This document shows, piece after piece, positions 28,684-37,917 of a stretch of 59,260 nucleotides of DNA. Position 1 is the first letter of the stretch. The number at the start of each line of letters is the position of its first letter. Position numbers and translations under genes: made by a program. The DNA is from an uncultured Clostridia bacterium (GTDB lineage Bacteria; Bacillota; Clostridia; TANB77; CAG-508). The stretch is from NCBI GenBank assembly GCA_944392515.1, contig CALXWV010000003.1:1-59260 (forward strand). Direction: 5' to 3'. The notes beneath the pieces were generated by a model. It was given only the letters and a program-made list of their open reading frames with translations. It was not told the DNA's origin and did no database searches.

Positions 28684-29886
28684 ATGAATAACAAATATTT
28701 ATTTAAAAGTGTAGCTGCAAATGAAGAAAACCCAAATTGGAGCCAAATGATAAAAAGAGAGCATGAGCTATATTCAAAACCAGGAGATATTCGCTCTCCA
28801 TTCGAAAGAGATTTTAATAGAATTTTACATACAAATGCGTATAATAGATTGAAACATAAAACTCAAGTATTTTTTTCACCAGAAAATGATCATATATCTA
28901 CTAGAATTGATCATGTTAATTATGTTGAATCTATAAGCTATACTATTTCTAATTATTTAGGCTTAAATAGTGAACTAACAAGAGCAATTGCATGTGCACA
29001 TGATTTAGGACATGGACCATTTGGGCATAAGGGAGAAAAAATACTATCTAAAATATCTCAAAGAGAGCTAGGAAAAACATTTTGGCATGAGCAAAATGGA
29101 CTAAATATTGTAGATGATATAGAACTTTTAGATGATTATGATGGAAATAAACAAAACTTAAATTTAACATATGCTGTAAGGGACGGAATAATATCACATT
29201 GTGGAGAAATTGATGAAAATAGTATTAAACCTAGAGAAGATGCAATTGATTTAAAAAAATATACTAATCCTAATAAATATGCACCTTTTACCTGGGAAGG
29301 ATGCATTGTAAAAGTATCAGATAAAATATCTTATTTAGGAAGAGATATAGAAGATGCAATTGAAGAAAGATTTTTAACGGATGATATGTTAAATGAACTT
29401 GCAAATATTACTGGAACTTCAAGTAGAACTAGCAATTCTTCTATAATTAATACTCTAGTAACAGATATTTGTGAAAATTCTTCACCAGAGGAAGGAATAA
29501 AATTATCTAAAGAAGCTTTAGAGATGATGAATAAAATAAAAGCTTTTAATTATAAATATATATATGGAGCTAAAAGAATGATACCTTCAGACAGGTATTT
29601 TGATGTAGTTATAAATCAAATATTTGATATTTTAAAAGATACATATGATGGAAAAAATACTGAAAAAAGAATGAAAGAAATAGAAAAATATTATCCTAAT
29701 TTAATAAGCGGATTTTATGGATGGATAAGCAAATACTGGAATATTGGAAATAGAGTAGGATTAAAAAATAAAGTAATATTTGATATTAATAACAAAAAAG
29801 ATTATATTCAGGCAATTATTTACTATATTTCAGGTATGACAGATAAGTATGCAATTGATGTATATAATGAAATAATTAAATTTTAA
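28684..29886 (+). CDS. dGTP triphosphohydrolase-like HD-domain protein
   Basis: RSPFERDFNRILHTNAYNRLKHKTQVF followed by the HD motif (RIDHVNYV...AHDLGHGPFGH). Confidence 0.85.
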   Translation: MNNKYLFKSVAANEENPNWSQMIKREHELYSKPGDIRSPFERDFNRILHTNAYNRLKHKTQVFFSPENDHISTRIDHVNYVESISYTISNYLGLNSELTRAIACAHDLGHGPFGHKGEKILSKISQRELGKTFWHEQNGLNIVDDIELLDDYDGNKQNLNLTYAVRDGIISHCGEIDENSIKPREDAIDLKKYTNPNKYAPFTWEGCIVKVSDKISYLGRDIEDAIEERFLTDDMLNELANITGTSSRTSNSSIINTLVTDICENSSPEEGIKLSKEALEMMNKIKAFNYKYIYGAKRMIPSDRYFDVVINQIFDILKDTYDGKNTEKRMKEIEKYYPNLISGFYGWISKYWNIGNRVGLKNKVIFDINNKKDYIQAIIYYISGMTDKYAIDVYNEIIKF

Positions 29887-29945
29887 ATAAAAAACTAAGT
29901 AAGGTTAACACTTTACTTAGTTTTTGTAATCAACTAAAAATGTTT

Positions 29946-30302
29946 TGGTGGAGGTGGCGAGAGTCGAACTCGCGTCCAATTATTCTTCCATATTTACTTC
30001 TCCGAGTGCAGTTTATTTATTAGTTTCTAAATAAAATATTAAACAAACAAAATATTTTATTTATATCCATTTATTAATACCCATTACTTAAGTGGAATAA
30101 GCAACTTCGTTTCCTACTTTAAACGGCGCCTTATTCTAAGCAGTAGGCTCTAAGATAAGACGACACTGCAACTTAGGCAGCGTAAGCTAATTCTCTATCG
30201 TTAGCCTTTATATTTAATTTGCTTGATTTTAAGTGGCCAAAGCAACCATCCACTACTCGCTATAAATACTTCTAAATAACTGTCGAAACCATTTACACCC
30301 CC
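29946..30302 (-). ncRNA. ssrA: tmRNA (SsrA)
   Basis: On the minus strand the 5' end is GGGGGTGTAAATGGTTTCGACAG and the 3' end is GAGTTCGACTCTCGCCACCTCCACCA, a tRNA-Ala-like acceptor with a G3:U pair. The internal tag frame GCT AAC GAT AGA GAA TTA GCT TAC GCT GCC TAA gives ANDRELAYAA. Confidence 0.9.
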
Positions 30303-30445
30303 GTGTATAGATTATATCCAGTCAAATATTATTATACTATATTATATGAAAAATAGCAATTAAAATTACAAATAATTATGGTAAACTAAAAAATATTGTG
30401 ATATAATTATTTTGCTAAATAGAAATTATAAGGAATAAGTATTAT

Positions 30446-31489
30446 ATGAATAAAAGAGTATTATTAGGAATGAGCGGAGGGGTAGATAGCTCTGTTTCTG
30501 CCATTTTATTACAAAAACAAGGTTATGAAGTAATAGGTCTTACCATGATTTTATGGGGAGATGACGTATCAAATGCACTGGATGCAAAAAAAGTATGTAA
30601 AAAGCTAAATATAAAGCATACAATACTAGATTTAAGAAACGATTTCAAAAGATATGTTATACAAGATTTTATTGTTGAATATAGAAGTGAGCATACACCA
30701 AATCCATGTATTGTATGTAATAAATTTATGAAATTTGGATTTATGTACTTAAGAGCAAAAGAGCTTAATTGCGATTATATAGCTACAGGGCATTATGCCA
30801 AAATAGAATTTGATGAAAAATATAACTGTAAGGTTATAAAAAAGGCCAATAATATAAATAAAGATCAAAGTTATGTTTTATATGATATAAATAAGGATTT
30901 AATAAACCATATTATATTTCCTTTAGGATGTTTTGAAAGCAAAGAAGAAATTAGAAAAATAGCTTTAGAAAATGGTTTAGAAGTTGCAAATAAACCAGAC
31001 AGTGAAGATATATGTTTTATTGAAAATGGAGATTATAAAGAATTCTTAGAAAAATATGCAAAGTTTAAACCTAAAGAAGGAAATATTGTAGATAAAAAAG
31101 GAAACATTTTAGGAAAACATAATGGTTTGTACAAATATACTATCGGACAAAGAAAAGGATTGGGAATAGCAAATCCTGTACCATTATTTGTAATTGGATT
31201 CAATAAGAAGAAAAATGAACTTATTGTTGGAGAAGAAAAAGAATTATATAAAGATAGCCTGCTTGCATCAAATATCAATTGGTTTGTAGAAGATATAAAA
31301 AATGGAATGAAAGTTAATGCAAAAATAAGATATGCAGCAAAAGAAATGCCTGCAAAATTAATATTATTAACTAAAGGTTATGCAAGGGTAATTTTTGATG
31401 AGCCACAAAGAGCAATAACTCCAGGTCAATCAGTAGTATTCTACGATGGAGATACTGTTTTAGGTGGAGGAAAAATTTTATCAAATTAA
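30446..31489 (+). CDS. mnmA: tRNA 2-thiouridine(34) synthase MnmA
   Basis: PP-loop GMSGGVDSS, catalytic Cys motifs (PNPCIVCN, DICF). Confidence 0.95.
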   Translation: MNKRVLLGMSGGVDSSVSAILLQKQGYEVIGLTMILWGDDVSNALDAKKVCKKLNIKHTILDLRNDFKRYVIQDFIVEYRSEHTPNPCIVCNKFMKFGFMYLRAKELNCDYIATGHYAKIEFDEKYNCKVIKKANNINKDQSYVLYDINKDLINHIIFPLGCFESKEEIRKIALENGLEVANKPDSEDICFIENGDYKEFLEKYAKFKPKEGNIVDKKGNILGKHNGLYKYTIGQRKGLGIANPVPLFVIGFNKKKNELIVGEEKELYKDSLLASNINWFVEDIKNGMKVNAKIRYAAKEMPAKLILLTKGYARVIFDEPQRAITPGQSVVFYDGDTVLGGGKILSN

Positions 31490-31567
31490 AAGAAATATTG
31501 ACATTGTTATTAAACTTAATTATAATTTTATTGAACAAATTAGTTATACTTATGAAAGGAATAAAAA

Positions 31568-31777
31568 ATGGCAAAAGGAAAGAAAAAGGACAAGAAGAAT
31601 AAAGTAGAAGAAAAAGAAGTACAGCAAGTAATGGAAAATAAAAAGGTAAAGAACAAAACTCATAAAAAGTTTAATGTTAAGAAGAACTTAGGAAGATTAG
31701 TTGCATTAATAATTGTTTTATGTATGCTTCTTGCTTCATCTGCAACATTAATATTCTACTTAATGTTAGATTTTTAA
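31568..31777 (+). CDS. small basic membrane-anchored protein, function unknown
   Basis: 69-aa ORF with a Lys-rich N-terminus and one C-terminal TM helix. AAGGAATAAAAAATG start context. Confidence 0.4.
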   Translation: MAKGKKKDKKNKVEEKEVQQVMENKKVKNKTHKKFNVKKNLGRLVALIIVLCMLLASSATLIFYLMLDF

Positions 31778-31892
31778 TAAGGTTTATGGGCAAAGCCTTG
31801 AATAAAAAACCTAAATATATTAAAGGAGAAAGTGTATATTATAGATAAATATTTAAAATATTAATTTTATCTTTAATATATAAAATTTAAAT

Positions 31893-32798
31893 ATGTTTGA
31901 GAATTTTTCAAATTTTGATTTTGATTTTGCAGACTATATAAGTGATTTGGGGTCACATCCTTGGCAAATAGTTACTTTTGTTTTAGATATGACAATAGTA
32001 ATATTCTTACTAGTATATTTTGTAAAGGTCGCAAAAAAATCTAGAGTATGGCAATTACTAAAAGGCATTGTTTTTCTTATTGTTATAACAATTTTAAGTA
32101 ATTTACTTGAACTTAGATTTTTATACTTTATACTTACTTCATTTATGAGTTATGGAGTAATTGCACTCTTAATTATATTTCAGCCAGAACTTCGTAGAGC
32201 GATAGAGCAACTTGGTTCTAGTACTTTTTCTAAATTATTTGGTATAGATAAAAGTATAAGAGATAAAACAAAAGAAGATATTTACAAAGTAGTAATTGCA
32301 GCAGAGGAAATGGCAAAATCTAAAACTGGCGCATTAATAGTATTTGAAAGAGATATAAAAATACAAGATATTATTGAAACAGGTATAAAATTAGATGCAG
32401 AAATATCTCCACAAATCTTAGTAAATATATTTGTTCCCAAAACACCTTTACACGATGGATCAGTTATTATTAGCAATAACAAAATTACAGCAGCAGCTTG
32501 TATACTTCCACTTGCTGATGATAAAGATATTGCAAGAGAATTAGGAACAAGGCATAGAGCTGCAATTGGAATATCAAAAGAATCTGATGCAATAGCAGTA
32601 GTAGTTTCTGAAGAGACAGGTAAAATATCTATTGCAAAAGATGGAACTTTAATTGCAGATGTTAAAGAAGATGCTTTAAAACGTATATTGATTAAGAATT
32701 TAGTTACTGCTAAATTTGGCTCAGAAAAAAGAGTTAGCAAAATAAATTCTATGAAAGAAAAATGGGCAAATAAAAAAGCAAAAAAACAAAGTGAGTAA
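31893..32798 (+). CDS. cdaA: diadenylate cyclase CdaA
   Basis: Three N-terminal TM helices plus a DAC domain (GALIVFERD, PLHDGSVII, GTRHRAAIGISE). Confidence 0.9.
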   Translation: MFENFSNFDFDFADYISDLGSHPWQIVTFVLDMTIVIFLLVYFVKVAKKSRVWQLLKGIVFLIVITILSNLLELRFLYFILTSFMSYGVIALLIIFQPELRRAIEQLGSSTFSKLFGIDKSIRDKTKEDIYKVVIAAEEMAKSKTGALIVFERDIKIQDIIETGIKLDAEISPQILVNIFVPKTPLHDGSVIISNNKITAAACILPLADDKDIARELGTRHRAAIGISKESDAIAVVVSEETGKISIAKDGTLIADVKEDALKRILIKNLVTAKFGSEKRVSKINSMKEKWANKKAKKQSE

Positions 32799-32800
32799 AT

Positions 32801-33547
32801 ATGAGAAATATAAAACTATTAATAGAATATGATGGAAAAGATTTTAATGGATGGCAGAAACAACCCAATAAACTTAATATTCAAGGTGAAATAGAAAGAG
32901 CAATAGAAGAAGTAACAGGAGAAAAAGTTGATTTAATTGCATCAGGAAGAACTGATGCAGGAGTACATGCCTTAGGACAAGTTGCAAATTTCAAAATTGA
33001 AAAAAATATTCCAGTAGAAAAGATACCTTATGCACTAAATTCTAAATTAAAAAAATCTATAAGAATAAAAGAAGCGGAAGAAGTGCCAGAAAAATTTCAT
33101 AGTAGATATACTTGTAAAAAGAAAACATATAGATATGTAATAAATAATTCAGTTCAAGGAACAGCAATTTATAGAAATTTGCAGTACCACTTTCCAGAAG
33201 AATTAGACGAAGAAAAAATGAATGAAGCAGCACAGTATTTAGTTGGAGAACATGATTTTAAATCCTTTAAAGCAAGTGGAACAAGTAGTAAAAGCAGTGT
33301 AAGAACAATATATGATGCTAAAGTTACAAGAAATGGTGAATTAGTTACTATTGAGCTTACAGGTAATGGTTTTTTATATAATATGGTAAGGATAATTGCT
33401 GGTACTTTAGTAGATGTAGGTACATATAAAATTGAACCAATAGATATAAAAAATATATTAGATGCCAAAGATAGACTTAAAGCTGGTAAAACCTTACCTC
33501 CAACAGGACTTTATTTAGTAAGAGTAGAATATGAAGATATTTGTTAA
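32801..33547 (+). CDS. truA: tRNA pseudouridine(38-40) synthase TruA
   Basis: YDGKDFNGWQKQ, GRTDAGVHALGQV catalytic Asp motif, GFLYNMVRIIAGTL. Confidence 0.95.
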   Translation: MRNIKLLIEYDGKDFNGWQKQPNKLNIQGEIERAIEEVTGEKVDLIASGRTDAGVHALGQVANFKIEKNIPVEKIPYALNSKLKKSIRIKEAEEVPEKFHSRYTCKKKTYRYVINNSVQGTAIYRNLQYHFPEELDEEKMNEAAQYLVGEHDFKSFKASGTSSKSSVRTIYDAKVTRNGELVTIELTGNGFLYNMVRIIAGTLVDVGTYKIEPIDIKNILDAKDRLKAGKTLPPTGLYLVRVEYEDIC

Positions 33548-33647
33548 GAGATAAAAATAATAAACAATAAATTATAAAAATATAATTTATAAAAGATAAA
33601 TAGTGTCAAAAAATAAGTACTTTACATAAAATATACAAGGGGATAAT

Positions 33648-34073
33648 ATGGATATAATTTTGTTTTTATTTATATTTCCTATTGCAACAATTATATTTTC
33701 GATAGCACTTCAAAAAATACTATGTAATCCATTTTTAGTATCATCAATAATACTTGCTATATTTTTAATTGTTACATTTACTGTATATGGCGTAAATTTC
33801 TTAATAGCAGCATTTATATATGCAGTAATTTCTTTATTAACTGCTTACATTGTAAGCATACTATGTAAGATTGCTAATAGAACTATTGAAATAAATTTCA
33901 TTAATAATGACACAAGAAGTAGGGAGGGAGAAAATAATTCTTGCCAATGTAGTAATTCACAAAATAGAAGCGGAAATAATAGTGGTACATTGTGTAATGG
34001 AGACCCTAATACAACAGCTTGTAGAACTTGTGCATGTCAAAGACAATTTAGAAATTGCTTAAGAAGGGTGTAG
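33648..34073 (+). CDS. hypothetical membrane protein with an Asn/Cys-rich C-terminal tail
   Basis: Three predicted TM helices followed by NNSCQCSNSQNRSGNNSGTLCNGDPNTTACRTCACQRQFRNC. Confidence 0.45.
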   Translation: MDIILFLFIFPIATIIFSIALQKILCNPFLVSSIILAIFLIVTFTVYGVNFLIAAFIYAVISLLTAYIVSILCKIANRTIEINFINNDTRSREGENNSCQCSNSQNRSGNNSGTLCNGDPNTTACRTCACQRQFRNCLRRV

Positions 34074-34086
34074 GAAATAAAAATTT

Positions 34087-34112
34087 AAGCTACCAATTTA
34101 TTTTGGTAGCTT
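34087..34112. terminator. bidirectional intrinsic terminator
   Basis: AAGCTACCAA (34087-34096) / TTGGTAGCTT (34103-34112), flanked by A/T runs, between convergent genes. Confidence 0.7.
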
Positions 34113-34119
34113 TATTAAT

Positions 34120-36303
34120 TTATTTTAATTCAGCAATAGTTACTCCATAATCACCTTCACCAAACCCTGCAATTCTAAAAGAACTTACATATTTAGATTT
34201 CTTTAAATAATTATGAATTCCTTCTCTTAGTTTTCCAGTACCTTTACCATGTATAATTCTTACTTGTTTTAAATGAGCCATAGTACAATTATCTAAGTAT
34301 TTATCCAATTCAGCTACAGCAGTATCAACATTTTCTCCAATTAAATTTATTTCAGAAGATATATTTTTTGAGGCTGTATTTTGTATATGAACATTATTTT
34401 TACCAGTAGGTTTATTAATTTCTTGATGATTTAGTTTTAGTAATACACTTAAATCTAAACCTTGATTTGATTCAGTATCTTTTAAACTTTCATTTAACTT
34501 ATTTCTTAATTGATTAGCTTTCTTTAAATCCTTAGAGCCAAGTCCATTTAATTCTCTAATAACTCTATTTGCTTCTTCTTTAGCATCTATTAAAATTTCT
34601 CTTGCTTCTTTTTTAGCCTTTTCAATCTTTTTTTCTTCATTTTCTAATTTGCTAGAAACTTCCTTTTCTAAAGATTTTCTTAAAAGAGTAACTTGATTTA
34701 GATTTTTCTCTTCTTCCTTTTTTAGATTTTCTATAGTAATTCTATCATCATAGATTTCTTTCATTAATGTTTCAATATCTGTATCAGGTTTTTCTACTAA
34801 GCTATTTGCTCTATCTAAAATGCTTGTCTTTAATCCTAATCGTTTACTAATTGCAAAAGCATTACTTTTTCCAGGTATTCCTATAAGCAAATGGTAAGTA
34901 GGTTCTAGTTTTTCTATATCAAATTCACAACTTGCATTTTCAAATCCATCATGAGTAATACAGTAATTTTTTATTTCGTGGTAGTGGGTTGTTGCAACAG
35001 TAATAGTTCCTTTATTATGAAAATATTCAAGAAGAGCAAGAGCTAGTGAAGCACCTTCTATAGGGTCAGTACCAGAGCCAAGTTCATCAACTAATACAAG
35101 ACTTTTATCATTTACATTTTCTACAATTTTTACAATATTAGTCATATGACTAGAAAAAGTACTAAGTGATTCTACTATACTTTGTTCATCACCAATATCT
35201 ACAAATATATTTTCAAAAACTTTAACTGTACTATTTTCTAAAGCTGGTATAAATAAGCCTGATTGAGCCATAATTGAAAGAAGCCCGACAGTTTTTAAGC
35301 TGACAGTTTTACCACCAGTATTAGGACCAGTTATAACTAAAGTTTTAAAATCTTTTCCAACATAAATATCTATTGGAACAACTTTATCTTTTGCAATTAG
35401 TGGGTGTCTTGCCTTTATTAAATTAATATTATCAGATAATATTGGAAGATTAGCATCCATTTCAATTGCAAGTTTTGCTTTAGCATTTATTAAATCTAAT
35501 TTAGAAATTACTTTTACATCTTGCTCAATATTATAAACAATAGGGTATAAAAGAGAAGAAAGCTCACTTAATATTCTTTCTATTTCTTTATTTTCTTCAA
35601 TAATTAAGCTATTTATTTTATTATTAATTTCAAAAACTACCATAGGTTCTATATATACAGTAGAGCCACTACTTGAAGTATCATGTATAAAACCTTTAAC
35701 AAAGCTTCTATATTCATCTTTAACAGGTATAACAAATCTACCATCTCTAATAGTAATAACTGGGTCCATAATATATTTGCTATTTGCACGAATTACTTGA
35801 TTTAACTTATTCTTTATATTACTCTCTAAAGATTTTTTAGAATTTCTAATAGAATAAAGCTTGGTAGATGCACTATCTGCAATTTCATCTTCAGATATAA
35901 TGCATTTAGCTATTTTATTTTCTACATCTTTATTAATATATAGCATAGAATAATAATCTTCTAAAGAAGGAAGACTTTCTTCTAAATCTTTAAAATACTC
36001 AGTTATTTCTCTAGAAGTCCTTAAAATATTACACATTTCAAGTAAACCTTTAGTACTTAAAGATAAACTACCCTTTAAACTTTTTATATAAAGAGAAACA
36101 TCATTTATCTCAGAAATAGGAAGGTCTCCTTTTATATTTATTGCTTTTAAACATTCATTAGTTTCATTAAGCATAGATTGAACTTGCATACTTTTTGAAG
36201 AAGGCTCTAACACGCAAGCTAATTTTTTTCCTTCAAAAGTATGAGTAAATCTAGATAAATGCTCTCTAATACTATTAAATTCTAATTTTTCTATGTCAAA
36301 CAT
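34120..36303 (-). CDS. mutS2: endonuclease MutS2 (with Smr domain)
   Basis: Walker A GPNTGGKTV, MutS ATPase signature (DELGSGTDP), long coiled coil, C-terminal Smr (VRIIHGKGTGKLR). The ATG at 36303 has better AAAGGAA spacing than 36318. Confidence 0.9.
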   Translation of the reverse strand: MFDIEKLEFNSIREHLSRFTHTFEGKKLACVLEPSSKSMQVQSMLNETNECLKAINIKGDLPISEINDVSLYIKSLKGSLSLSTKGLLEMCNILRTSREITEYFKDLEESLPSLEDYYSMLYINKDVENKIAKCIISEDEIADSASTKLYSIRNSKKSLESNIKNKLNQVIRANSKYIMDPVITIRDGRFVIPVKDEYRSFVKGFIHDTSSSGSTVYIEPMVVFEINNKINSLIIEENKEIERILSELSSLLYPIVYNIEQDVKVISKLDLINAKAKLAIEMDANLPILSDNINLIKARHPLIAKDKVVPIDIYVGKDFKTLVITGPNTGGKTVSLKTVGLLSIMAQSGLFIPALENSTVKVFENIFVDIGDEQSIVESLSTFSSHMTNIVKIVENVNDKSLVLVDELGSGTDPIEGASLALALLEYFHNKGTITVATTHYHEIKNYCITHDGFENASCEFDIEKLEPTYHLLIGIPGKSNAFAISKRLGLKTSILDRANSLVEKPDTDIETLMKEIYDDRITIENLKKEEEKNLNQVTLLRKSLEKEVSSKLENEEKKIEKAKKEAREILIDAKEEANRVIRELNGLGSKDLKKANQLRNKLNESLKDTESNQGLDLSVLLKLNHQEINKPTGKNNVHIQNTASKNISSEINLIGENVDTAVAELDKYLDNCTMAHLKQVRIIHGKGTGKLREGIHNYLKKSKYVSSFRIAGFGEGDYGVTIAELK

Positions 36304-36388
36304 ATAAGTTCCTTTCATTTTAGTAATTATTTATATTTATTTAAGTAAAAAGTAATTATTATTTAATACTATACAATTAAGTATTAAA

Positions 36389-37696
36389 TTATATAAAATT
36401 TTCAATATATTCTGCAAGAAATAAAGGTATATTAAGTATTTTATCATCCTTTTTTAAATTGTTCATTGAAAATCTTATAGATAATTCATTATTGAATTTA
36501 ACATTATATCTACTTAAACTAGCATTATTTGTTGAGTTTCCTGATTTTACTTCAATAGGTATTACTTTGTTTTTGTGTTGAATTAAAAAATCAATCTCAT
36601 GTCTATCAAAAGTAAAGTAATTTGGTACATTATCAAATATATAACAAAGCACATTAAGAATATAATTCTCTGTTAGAGCACCTTTGAATTCTTCAAATAG
36701 CTTGTTTCCTTCAACAACAATTCTACTATTCAAATTTGACATTCTTCTAAGTAAGCCTACATCATTCATATAAATTTTAAACGAACTTAAATCATTATAT
36801 GCAATAAGTGGTATATTGGGCTTTTTGACATTATATATTTTATAAATTAAATTTGCGTCATTTAGCCAATTAAGAGCATTTTCATATTCTCTTGCTCTTG
36901 CACCTTCTTTTATTGTTTGATATAGAAATTTTTTATTCTCTTTGGATAATTGAGAGGGAATACTATTCCATATTAAAGAAATTTTATTTGCTTCACTATT
37001 TTCAGTATGCTTTGAAAAATCACTTTCATATGCTTTTAATATATTTTCTTGTACTTTATTTACAAGTTCTATATCTTTTTCGTTAACCCATACATTAACC
37101 GATTCAGGCATTCCTCCAATTATAAAATAAGCTTTAAGTTTTTCTTCTAATTGATTAAAAAATATATCTGGTATTGGTTCTACTTCATTTAGAGATTTTA
37201 GATAATCAACCAAATTTTCACAATTATCCGCTATTAAAAACTCGCTAAATGTCATAGGATACATATTTAGAAAATCAACTTTTCCTACTGGAAATGATGT
37301 ATGAGACAATCTAATTCCAAGTAAACTTCCAGCACAGGCTATATGATATTCATTAGCTTCTTCTTGAAAATATTTTAAGCTATTTAATGCATTTGGACAT
37401 TCTTGAATTTCATCAAAAATTATTAATGTTTTACCAGGAATTATTGCTCTGCCATATATAAATGCTAATTGCTCTAATATTCTTTTGGGATTTTTGGTAT
37501 TGTTAAATAAATTATATAAATCCTCGTCATGGTCAAAATTAAAATATGCAACTCCATCATAGTTTTCTTGGCCAAATTGCTTTAGTATATATGTCTTTCC
37601 AATTTGCCTTTCTCCTTTTAGAATTAAAGGCTTTCGATATTTACTTTCTTTCCATTTTATTAATTCATTTAAAATAAATCTTTTCAAAATAATCAT
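36389..37696 (-). CDS. AAA-family ATPase with DUF4143 C-terminal domain (COG1373-like)
   Basis: Walker A-like GERQIGKTY, Walker B LIIFDEIQ, and a C-terminal nuclease-like DUF4143 region (EIDFLIQ...IPIEVKSG). Confidence 0.75.
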   Translation of the reverse strand: MIILKRFILNELIKWKESKYRKPLILKGERQIGKTYILKQFGQENYDGVAYFNFDHDEDLYNLFNNTKNPKRILEQLAFIYGRAIIPGKTLIIFDEIQECPNALNSLKYFQEEANEYHIACAGSLLGIRLSHTSFPVGKVDFLNMYPMTFSEFLIADNCENLVDYLKSLNEVEPIPDIFFNQLEEKLKAYFIIGGMPESVNVWVNEKDIELVNKVQENILKAYESDFSKHTENSEANKISLIWNSIPSQLSKENKKFLYQTIKEGARAREYENALNWLNDANLIYKIYNVKKPNIPLIAYNDLSSFKIYMNDVGLLRRMSNLNSRIVVEGNKLFEEFKGALTENYILNVLCYIFDNVPNYFTFDRHEIDFLIQHKNKVIPIEVKSGNSTNNASLSRYNVKFNNELSIRFSMNNLKKDDKILNIPLFLAEYIENFI

Positions 37697-37741
37697 CTCC
37701 TATATATAAAGTATATCTTATGAATTAATTATACCACTATA

Positions 37742-37821
37742 ATCACATTTTTACAACTAAAAAACAATAAAAAGTCACACTTTTGCAACTTTAAAAATAA
37801 TAAATATCACATTTATGCAAA
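37742..37821. promoter_or_regulatory. three 16-bp direct repeats at exact 32-bp spacing (candidate operator/iteron array)
   Basis: ATCACATTTTTACAAC (37742-37757), GTCACACTTTTGCAAC (37774-37789), ATCACATTTATGCAAA (37806-37821), in the divergent intergenic region between the ATPase and the DUF2207 gene. Confidence 0.5.
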
Positions 37822-37917
37822 TAATAATAAATAAAAATTAAAAAAATATATAGACAATTTCTTTAAAATAGTATAATATATTTTCATAGATAAAATATAA
37901 TAAATAGAGGGGAAAAT

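Noticed and set aside
37742-37821. Possible CRISPR array
   Set aside because: There are only three imperfect 16-bp repeats with 16-bp spacers, far shorter than CRISPR repeats, and no cas genes or leader. It is treated as a regulatory repeat instead.
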